Below are positions 56,877-64,000 of a DNA stretch of 64,000 nucleotides, one piece after another. The notes beneath the pieces are model-generated. The model made no database searches. It saw nothing but the letters and a program-made list of their open reading frames with translations, and was not told where the DNA came from. The translations under genes and the position numbers were made by a program. Each line of letters starts with the position of its first letter. Position 1 is the stretch's first letter. This stretch comes from Nitrospirota bacterium (GTDB lineage: Bacteria > Verrucomicrobiota > Verrucomicrobiia > Chthoniobacterales > UBA10450): assembly GCA_050257685.1 (NCBI GenBank), contig JBLMXH010000067.1, forward strand, positions 12,229 to 76,228. The letters are read 5' to 3'.

Positions 56877-57755
56877 ATGAAAATCTTGATTTGCAGTGAT
56901 GGCACACCTTCGGCTCAAACGGCGATCAACCTCGGCGCATTGTTGGCCGGTCCGCTCAAAGCCGAAACCACGCTTTTGGGAATCGCAGAAAAGTCGGAAG
57001 ATGAGCAGCCGCTTCGCGAAGTACTTCACACACAGGCACAATCGCTCCGGCAACGTGGCGTATCGCCGGAGATCCTGGTCCAATTCGGTGAGCCGGTGTT
57101 GCAGATCGTTCAGCAAACCTCGTACACCAAATACGATGTCGTTGTCGTCGGTGCGCGCTGGACGGGTGCAGTGGGACATTACTGGCGGTCAAAGCGAACT
57201 TACGAAGTCATTAAGGCTATTCAGCCCCCCGTGCTGGTGGCGATCGGTGAACGCAAAGAATTGAGGCGTTTCGTCGTTTGCACAGGCGGAAAAGAATTCA
57301 TCGAGCAAGCGGTGCAATTTACCGGCAAACTCGCCGCGGCTGTTGGCGCATCCGTGACCTTGCTACACGTAATGGCTGAGCCGCCCGCGATGTACGCCGA
57401 CCTCGTTCGGATGGAAGAGAACGTAGATCAGTTACTTCATTCACACTCCGAGCTCGGGACCAATTTGCGTCGTCAAAAACGAGAACTCGACCGGCTGGGC
57501 GTCTCTGCTGAAGTACATCTCCGGCATGGCATCGTGATCGACCAAGTTTTCGAAGAAGTCCGAGCCGGCAATTACGACTTAATTGTGACCGGCACATCGC
57601 AAGCGCGTGGCCTGCTCCGACACTACATAATGGGCGACTTAACCCGCGATATTTTAAACCGAGCGAATGTCCCTGTACTCGTCGCGCGTGCTGGGCCGCC
57701 GAAGCCAGCTCGAACCCTCTGGAAGGCCCTCAAAGCATTATTTCACAAGCGGTAG
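56877..57755 (+). CDS. Universal stress protein, tandem Usp domains
   Basis: Two Usp repeats end in DVVVVGARW and DLIVTGTSQARGLL...GDLTRDILNRANVPVLV. Confidence 0.85.
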   Translation: MKILICSDGTPSAQTAINLGALLAGPLKAETTLLGIAEKSEDEQPLREVLHTQAQSLRQRGVSPEILVQFGEPVLQIVQQTSYTKYDVVVVGARWTGAVGHYWRSKRTYEVIKAIQPPVLVAIGERKELRRFVVCTGGKEFIEQAVQFTGKLAAAVGASVTLLHVMAEPPAMYADLVRMEENVDQLLHSHSELGTNLRRQKRELDRLGVSAEVHLRHGIVIDQVFEEVRAGNYDLIVTGTSQARGLLRHYIMGDLTRDILNRANVPVLVARAGPPKPARTLWKALKALFHKR

Positions 57756-57771
57756 CTAAGCTGCAGCTGGC

Positions 57772-58737
57772 ATGGCTGCTCCAGGAGCAACTATGGTGGC
57801 GGCTGTGTTACGTTCATGGGTGCACGCACCGCAACAACCAATCCCTCGCGGGTCCAGAGTGCGACGTTGGCTTGCGCATTTGTTCCGCGAGTGGACGGTC
57901 GAAAGCTGGCGGCCGATCGCCCCGGCCTTTGCGAAACCCGAGCCGTCAAAATGGAGCAATGCGCAGCTGACTCTTGCATGGCTGGGGCACTCTACTGTGC
58001 TTGTGAACTTTTTCGGCGTCCGAATTCTCACCGACCCTGCCCTCTTTTCACGTGTCGGAATTCGTTTGCCAGGTTTCACTATTGGCCCGAAACGACTGAC
58101 TGCGCCCGCGCTCCAGTTTCATGACCTGCCGCACATCGATGTAATTCTTCTGTCACATGCGCATTTTGATCATTTCGATCTACGAACACTGCGTTGTTTT
58201 GATGAGACAACGCGCGTGATCACCGCGCGAGCCACCATCGATTTATTCAAACGCACCGACTTTTCGGACGTCACGGAACTTGACTGGGGCGAAAGCAAAA
58301 CATTAAGCGCTGCTGCAGGCGAGATTGAGATTACTGCTTTCGCGGTCAAGCACTGGGGTGCGCGGACGCAGCATGACACTCATCGCGGGTATAATGGATA
58401 TTTAATCGAACGAAGAGGCCGCCGAATTATTTTTGCCGGCGATACCGCAATGACCGAAAACTTCGCAGCGCTGCGGCAATATGGACCAATCGACGTGGCA
58501 ATTATGCCTATTAGCGCGTACAACCCGTGGATCCAGTCACACGGCACGCCCGAGCAGGCAGTCGAAATGGCGGACGCCGCAGGCGCTCACTTTATCGTGC
58601 CGGTGCATCATCAGACTTTCCGCCTCAGCTTCGAGCCCTTCCGCGAGCCTATCGAGCGCTTCGAAACGGCGCTAAACCGAACTCCCGGGCGCATTGCGCT
58701 GCGGGAAATCGGCGAGACCTTCGTGCTGCCTTTGTAG
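57772..58737 (+). CDS. MBL-fold metallo-hydrolase (NAPE-PLD-like)
   Basis: The metal motif is ILLSHAHFDHFD. Later His and Asp residues are also present (FAGDT, PVHHQTF). Confidence 0.85.
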   Translation: MAAPGATMVAAVLRSWVHAPQQPIPRGSRVRRWLAHLFREWTVESWRPIAPAFAKPEPSKWSNAQLTLAWLGHSTVLVNFFGVRILTDPALFSRVGIRLPGFTIGPKRLTAPALQFHDLPHIDVILLSHAHFDHFDLRTLRCFDETTRVITARATIDLFKRTDFSDVTELDWGESKTLSAAAGEIEITAFAVKHWGARTQHDTHRGYNGYLIERRGRRIIFAGDTAMTENFAALRQYGPIDVAIMPISAYNPWIQSHGTPEQAVEMADAAGAHFIVPVHHQTFRLSFEPFREPIERFETALNRTPGRIALREIGETFVLPL

Positions 58738-58890
58738 CCGAGTTTGTACGAGACGCGTCCGCCCACAGCCTGCCACAACTCAGTTAAGAGTGTGATGCGC
58801 ACCACATGCCCTATCGCTTCGCGCAGCGAAGCGACCACAGGCATGCGCTTGTGTGAAAGGCCGCCGGATGCAATGTTTCGCCCGTTTCCC

Positions 58891-58963
<73 letters not shown>

Positions 58964-58965
58964 TT

Positions 58966-59985
58966 TTACAATACGAGTCCCCACGAAAGCAGCGCAGACG
59001 CATCGCGCCACACGCGGCCAGAGCTGTCGCCCAACACAACAACTATCACGTCTTTGCCGGGACGTGTCCCGCTTGCGATGAGGCATTTGCCTGCACCGTC
59101 GGTATAACCGGTTTTCATGCCGTTGCAGTAAGGAAGACGGCGCAGAAGTTTGTTTGTGTTTTCAAGCTCGCGGGTGCGACCATTCGCGTAGCGAAACACA
59201 AGCTGAGGAAGACAGACAATGGAGCGGATGGTCGGATTTGCGTAAGCGGCCCGCGCGATGATCGCGAGATCGCGGGCGCTCGAATATTGTCCAGGCAGCG
59301 GCAGACCATTCGGATTCAGAAAGTGTGAATGCACAGCTCCCAGTTGCAGTGCGCGCCGATTCATAATCTGCGCAAAAGCCTCGGTACTGCCGGCATTATC
59401 CCGCGCCAGACATCGTGCAACGTCATTGGGACTCTTCACCAGCAAAGCCCGTAAAAGGTCAATTCGCTGATAAGTCTCGCCCGCCTTAATTCCCAGCTTC
59501 ACCGGTTCGCACATCGTGTCGGTCGATTGCACAGTCACGGGTCGATCGAGAAAACCGGTCTCTGCCACAATCAGCGCAGTCAGCAATTTCTGCGTGCTGG
59601 CCGCTTGTCGCACCTGATCCGCGTTTTTTTCGTACAAAATCCTGCCGTTATTAGCGTCCACGACCAACACTGAAGCCGCGCTGGTCTTCGGTATGCCGTC
59701 AGGCGTGAACTCGGCAGGCGCGGCAATTGTGTCCGGCTCTTCTTTCGATTTTACGCGCGCGCGATGCGACCGAGTGTGACTGGACTTTGACTTCTTCGCT
59801 TTCGGTGCGTCGGAGTCGGTCTCGTCATCCGAGCTTTTTTGCGTTACGGCCTTTGCTTTCCGAACAGGCCCGTTAAGTCCGCTCGGCCGGACAATATTAG
59901 AATCAACGATGTCCTGCGCCCGCGCGCTCAGCGCTGAGCTGAGGATCAACGCGCAAAGGAACCAAATTCGATTGCGCCAAATCAT
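58966..59985 (-). CDS. D-alanyl-D-alanine carboxypeptidase (S11, PBP5/6-like)
   Basis: A signal peptide is present. The three class motifs are SxxK (ASTQKLL), SxN (KSPNDVA) and KTG (MKTGYT). Confidence 0.9.
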   Translation of the reverse strand: MIWRNRIWFLCALILSSALSARAQDIVDSNIVRPSGLNGPVRKAKAVTQKSSDDETDSDAPKAKKSKSSHTRSHRARVKSKEEPDTIAAPAEFTPDGIPKTSAASVLVVDANNGRILYEKNADQVRQAASTQKLLTALIVAETGFLDRPVTVQSTDTMCEPVKLGIKAGETYQRIDLLRALLVKSPNDVARCLARDNAGSTEAFAQIMNRRALQLGAVHSHFLNPNGLPLPGQYSSARDLAIIARAAYANPTIRSIVCLPQLVFRYANGRTRELENTNKLLRRLPYCNGMKTGYTDGAGKCLIASGTRPGKDVIVVVLGDSSGRVWRDASALLSWGLVL

Positions 59986-60128
59986 GGACGGGAAATTATG
60001 GGCAAAACCTTGCGGTATGCAAGCGCCTGCGCTTCATATGTGTTACCATCGTGAACGCCACTTGAGGGTTACACGACTTTTACGAAACGCGTCTTAATGC
60101 CGCCTGAGAGCCAGCAGATTGCATTAAA

Positions 60129-60509
60129 TTACTTCTTACCCCGCTCGATAAGTTCAACCTCGTACCCTTCCGGTGCGTCAACGAAGGCAATTCTGCCACC
60201 GTTCGTGGAATGTGGCCCGTCCGACAGTGGATAACCCTTTGCCGCTGCGTGTTTGGCGAATTTGTCCAGATCGTCGACCTCAAAAGCGAGGTGCGTAAGA
60301 TCCGGACCGACCACAATCGGGCCGCTCCCGTCGAATTTGCAGATCTCAATTTCTTCATCGCTGCCGGGTGCTTTCAGAAACACGAGTTGTGACCCGCGAC
60401 CCGAGGTGTGGCGACGCACCTCCTTCAGACCGAGGACATCCGTGTAGAACGCGATGGTCTTTTCCAAGTCGTGTACGCGATAGCGGGTGTGCAATAATTT
60501 CTTGACCAT
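60129..60509 (-). CDS. gloA: Lactoylglutathione lyase-like VOC family protein (glyoxalase I)
   Basis: By eye it is collinear with E. coli GloA. Matching segments are LLHTRYRVHDLEKTIAFYTDVLGL, EIEI, THLAFEVDD and APEGYEVELIE, and the His/Glu ligand positions are retained. Confidence 0.65.
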   Translation of the reverse strand: MVKKLLHTRYRVHDLEKTIAFYTDVLGLKEVRRHTSGRGSQLVFLKAPGSDEEIEICKFDGSGPIVVGPDLTHLAFEVDDLDKFAKHAAAKGYPLSDGPHSTNGGRIAFVDAPEGYEVELIERGKK

Positions 60510-60650
60510 GGCCTCAAGTTATTGGCTGAGCGGGTCGATTCAACACGTGTCTCTGGACAAAGTGCCTAAAGCGGCTTCATTGCGTTCCCCGCGAAGTGCA
60601 CCGGGCTCGAAGCCGCGGTGTCAAAGAGAATCCACGCCGCGCGTTTCTTC

Positions 60651-60742
60651 GTCATCCCGAGCGGGGTCGAGGGATCCCGCGGCATTGCCCCATAGGTGCT
60701 CCACGGGATTTCTCGACTGCGCTTCGCTCCGCTCGGAATGAC
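60651..60742. repeat. Family B inverted-repeat element, copy 6
   Basis: GTCATCCCGAGCGGGGTCGAGGGATCCC ... GGGATTTCTCGACTGCGCTTCGCTCCGCTCGGAATGAC. Confidence 0.75.
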
Positions 60743-60754
60743 ACCTAACGAATT

Positions 60755-61720
60755 ATGAAAAAAATCGGAATACTTTTTGGACAGGAACACAGTTTCCCCC
60801 CCGCGTTTGTTGACCGGGTGAATAAGAAAACCGGCGGCAAAGACATTACCGCGGAGTTTGTGAAGATCGAAAGAGTGATTCAGGGCGAACCGTGCGGATA
60901 TGACGTAGTTATCGACCGAATTTCTCAGGACGTCCCGTTCTACCGCGCGTGGCTGAAGAACGCGGCGTTAACGGGCACCGCCGTCGTAAATAATCCGTTT
61001 TGGTGGAGCGCAGATGAAAAATTCTTCAATAACGCGCTGGCCACAAAAATCGGCGTCGCTGTTCCGCGCACGGTGTTGCTTCCATCAAATCAGCCGCCGC
61101 CCGACACGAACGACAAGTCGTTTCGAAATCTGGGTTATCCGCTCGATTGGGAAGGGATTTTTAATTACGTAGGCTGGCCGGCGTTTTTCAAACCGTTCTC
61201 AGGTGGCGGATGGAAGAACGTCTATCGATTGCATAATCGCGAGGAATTCTTCCGTGCTTACAACGACATCGGACAATTGGTAATGATGCTGCAGGAGGAG
61301 ATCAAGTTCGACATGTATTTCCGCTGTTATTCGATTGATCAGCGCCACGTCCGGATCATGCCCTACGAGCCAAGGAATCCGTTCCATTTGCGTTACCGGA
61401 CGGAGTGGCATGCGCCAAAAGAAATTCTGCAAAAAGTCGAAGAGGGCGTTTTGCGATTGAATCAATTCCTCGGTTATGATCTCAACACCGTGGAATTCGC
61501 CATGCGCGACGGCGTGCCCGTGGCGATTGATTTTTGCAATCCCGCGCCAGATTGCGAGGCGGCCTGGATCGGTGAGCACAATTTCGAGTGGGTAGTGGAG
61601 GCAGTCGCCGAAATGGCTATCCGCAAGGCACGCGAGCACGTTCCCGGCCGAGACAACCTAAGCTGGGGCAAGTTCCTCCAGGCTGCTGTGACGCGACGTT
61701 CATTGGGCGATCTCGCCTGA
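60755..61720 (+). CDS. ATP-grasp domain protein (RimK/GshB-like fold), unassigned subfamily
   Basis: The pattern is PRTVLLP..., WPAFFKPFSGGGWKNVY, LVMMLQEEI and NTVEFAMRDGVPVAIDFCNPAPD, as in ATP-grasp ligases. This assignment is by eye. Confidence 0.6.
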   Translation: MKKIGILFGQEHSFPPAFVDRVNKKTGGKDITAEFVKIERVIQGEPCGYDVVIDRISQDVPFYRAWLKNAALTGTAVVNNPFWWSADEKFFNNALATKIGVAVPRTVLLPSNQPPPDTNDKSFRNLGYPLDWEGIFNYVGWPAFFKPFSGGGWKNVYRLHNREEFFRAYNDIGQLVMMLQEEIKFDMYFRCYSIDQRHVRIMPYEPRNPFHLRYRTEWHAPKEILQKVEEGVLRLNQFLGYDLNTVEFAMRDGVPVAIDFCNPAPDCEAAWIGEHNFEWVVEAVAEMAIRKAREHVPGRDNLSWGKFLQAAVTRRSLGDLA

Positions 61721-61826
61721 CTTTCGCTCACACACTCCGCCGATTGCATACAAGAGCGCGTTCCTTTTCACAAATAATGTGTGTAAATCTGCAAAATCTG
61801 CGGATGTTTTTTGCCCGGGCCGTTAC

Positions 61827-62942
61827 ATGAAGCACCATACATTCACCCTTGGAATCGAAGAGGAGTTCGCGATCATAGATCCCGAGACACGGGAGCTACG
61901 CTCGCATATTCACGAGATTCTCGAAGGTGGAAAAGTCACGCTCAAAGAGCAGATCAAGCCGGAGATGCACCAGTCGGTCGTTGAGCTGGGCACCGAAATT
62001 TGCGATTCCATAGGATGTGCGCGCGATCACGTCATCGGGCTGCGTACGAAACTGGCGGAGTTGGCAGCGCGGAGCGGACTAAAAATCGCATCGATGGGGA
62101 CGCATCCGTTTTCACACTGGCGCGATCAACTCATCACCGAAGGCGAACGTTACCAGGAAATCGTCAAAGACATGCAGTCGCTCGCGCGCGCGAATCTGAT
62201 TTTCGGATTGCATGTGCATGTCGGCATTCCCGATCGGGAGACGGCAATCCACGTGATGAATCAAGCCCGTTATTTTTTGCCGCACCTGTACGCACTCTCC
62301 GTCAACTCACCATTCTGGGTTGGTCAGAACACGGGGCTGAAAGGTTATCGTCTCAAAGTATTCGAGCGTTTTCCCCGCACCGGCATTCCTGATTCCTTCG
62401 AATCGCTCTCTGAATATGACGATTACTGCAAGCTACTGGTTAAGACCGGTTGCATCGACAACGCCAAAAAAATCTGGTGGGATATCCGGTTGCATCCGTT
62501 TTTTGACACACTGGAGGTGCGCGTGTGCGACGCGCAGTCGCGCGTCGATGACACCCTCGCAATCGCAGCGCTTATCCAGGCAATAATTTCAAAACTGCAC
62601 AAACTGCTGCACCAAAACACCACCTTCCGGATTTATCGGCGACGTCTTCTTGATGAGAACCGCTGGCGAGCCGCGCGCTACGGCATCGATGGAAAATTAA
62701 TCGATTTCGGCAAAGAGGCCGAGGTGGACGAGCGGAGCCTGTTAAACGAGCTGCTTGATTTCGTTTCGACCGAGGTCAAGGAACTTGGCAGCGAGAGAGA
62801 AATGACACACGTCGAGCGGATCATCCGTGAAGGTACCGGCGCGGACCGGCAACTCGCTGCGTGGGAACGCACGCAGGACATGAAAGGCGTCGTAGATCAT
62901 ATCGTCGCGGAGACTTACCAGAGTCTGGCATTGTCTCAGTAA
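61827..62942 (+). CDS. Carboxylate-amine ligase, GCS2 / YbdK family
   Basis: The N-terminus FTLGIEEEFAIIDPETREL, together with EMHQSVVELGT, HVHVGI and WWDIRLHPFFDTLEVRVCD, is diagnostic of glutamate-cysteine ligase family 2. Confidence 0.9.
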   Translation: MKHHTFTLGIEEEFAIIDPETRELRSHIHEILEGGKVTLKEQIKPEMHQSVVELGTEICDSIGCARDHVIGLRTKLAELAARSGLKIASMGTHPFSHWRDQLITEGERYQEIVKDMQSLARANLIFGLHVHVGIPDRETAIHVMNQARYFLPHLYALSVNSPFWVGQNTGLKGYRLKVFERFPRTGIPDSFESLSEYDDYCKLLVKTGCIDNAKKIWWDIRLHPFFDTLEVRVCDAQSRVDDTLAIAALIQAIISKLHKLLHQNTTFRIYRRRLLDENRWRAARYGIDGKLIDFGKEAEVDERSLLNELLDFVSTEVKELGSEREMTHVERIIREGTGADRQLAAWERTQDMKGVVDHIVAETYQSLALSQ

Positions 62943-62979
62943 CTTTCGACGAAAGTCCGGCTCAAGACGCGTTGACTGG

Positions 62980-63507
62980 TCACAGCGCCTTGTAATCCAC
63001 GGAAATGGTGCGGTAAATGAGGTTGTCGTGTTGAGCTGAGAAATAAAACAGCTCAAGCATCGTGGTTCCAACCATCCATTGATATCCTACGAGCGTCTGA
63101 ATCACGTCGGTGTCGTGGTCGCGAGAACGTGACACCAGTTTTCCAGTGCCATATTTTTCATCAAAATATTTGCGAATTTCTCCCATCCGCGTGTTGTAAC
63201 GTTCGATCGTCCAGTCGGGATATTCGTACTGCAGCTCTACCGCCACGAGCGCTCGCTCTTTAAACGTAAACACGGTCCGTTTGAGCCCGGGATGAATCAG
63301 CCCTTCGACGGTCCAGACTTCGCGGTTCTCCTTCTTCTCGCGCGAAACTAATTTGGCTTTGGCGCCGTGCAGTACCGCCTCTACTCGCGCCATTGAATCG
63401 TTCCAACGAAATCCGAACGGCGGCACCAATTCATCAGCGGCACCCGCGTATGGTGCAAAAAAAATAAAAGAAGCGATCAAGCCAATTAGAAGAAATTGGC
63501 GGATCAT
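62980..63507 (-). CDS. Hypothetical secreted protein
   Basis: ATG 63507 gives the signal peptide MIRQFLLIGLIASFIFFAPYAGA. I recognise no family. Confidence 0.5.
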   Translation of the reverse strand: MIRQFLLIGLIASFIFFAPYAGAADELVPPFGFRWNDSMARVEAVLHGAKAKLVSREKKENREVWTVEGLIHPGLKRTVFTFKERALVAVELQYEYPDWTIERYNTRMGEIRKYFDEKYGTGKLVSRSRDHDTDVIQTLVGYQWMVGTTMLELFYFSAQHDNLIYRTISVDYKAL

Positions 63508-63822
63508 CGGGTGGTTCAGGCGTGTTACGCACATCGAAACACGCCTGGCGGTATCGGTATCGGTTGCCTCCATCTACAACTTCATGAGCGTTTGCCCTCC
63601 GCTCGCAGAGGCGGGAAATTTCGCGCACAGCGCAATTCGGTCAACTCGGGATCGTTAGTCAATTGGAAGCGAACTTTGTTCGCCGCCGCGATTGCGACTA
63701 GCAGCTGTTGGCTTGCATGAAATTTTTCCGACACAGCATTCCGTTTTCATCGAGACGCGCGCTTCATTTTTCCCGTCAAGAAAATTTTTTTGTCGAAATT
63801 GAAAATTAAATTCATTTTTTTC

Positions 63823-63851
63823 TTGTCGCTTTTCTAACTGATTTCTAGTCT
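63823..63851 (+). promoter_or_regulatory. Candidate sigma-70-type promoter in an AT-rich tract
   Basis: TTGTCG-N17-TAGTCT is preceded by A/T runs (a possible UP element). A second TTGTCG box lies at 63790-63795. The downstream gene lies outside the window. Confidence 0.2.
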
Positions 63852-64000
63852 CAAGCCAGCTGGCGAGGACGACCACAACGGGTGTGTGAATAAGTTGTGA
63901 ACATGTTTGAGAAAGTTCCAGCAGCAAGAATGAACAACCGGAAAAACCCCTCCACAGAACGATTGATTGCCACTGTGTCTGAGCAACGTGGCAAATATAC

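Noticed and set aside
63655-63927. 90-aa minus-strand ORF in the AT-rich terminal region.
   Set aside because: It is a low-complexity translation of an AT-rich tract, with no start context or motifs. The region looks regulatory.
63940-64000. TGCCACTGT near the window end resembles the B12-box core of cobalamin riboswitches.
   Set aside because: The other conserved cobalamin-riboswitch elements (GGTG, AATCC, the GC-rich stems) are not present upstream. An isolated heptamer match is expected by chance.

Overview
This is a 64-kb chromosomal segment that looks moderately GC-rich by eye. The protein types present (a long-form L28, many envelope, TPR and sulfotransferase proteins, and PVC-style hypotheticals) suggest a Verrucomicrobiota-like bacterium. 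That assignment is an unverified inference. I can support about 60 CDS, one tRNA-Thr(CGU), one frameshifted RAYT-type transposase gene and many short intergenic repeats. I see no rRNA, CRISPR array, integrase, prophage or recognisable defence system. Housekeeping content includes bcp, rpmB, acpP, hisC, mnmE, pyrD, ggt, an apbC-pyrR-pyrB-pyrC block, purD, rnc, thiD, a ferredoxin gene and a DD-carboxypeptidase gene. The accessory and envelope content falls into six groups. (1) An overlapping DUF2339/DUF3999 gene pair. (2) A locus with a FemAB-like acyltransferase, an ArnE/F-like transporter pair, an arginase-fold protein and a TPR membrane protein. (3) An ECF sigma, anti-sigma and LTXXQ module with two identical divergent ECF-type promoter motifs. 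(4) NlpC/P60 and M23 cell-wall hydrolases. (5) A GT-C-like membrane protein next to two tandem sulfotransferase paralogs. (6) An ATP-grasp plus GCS2/YbdK ligase pair beside a glyoxalase I-like gene. The most unusual non-genic property is that at least four families of palindromic or inverted-repeat elements sit in the intergenic gaps, including every gap of the pyr operon. Several of these repeats generate spurious ORFs in the six-frame track. No single locus is an obvious new system. The candidates above are the under-described parts, and all functional proposals for them are inference from motifs read by eye.
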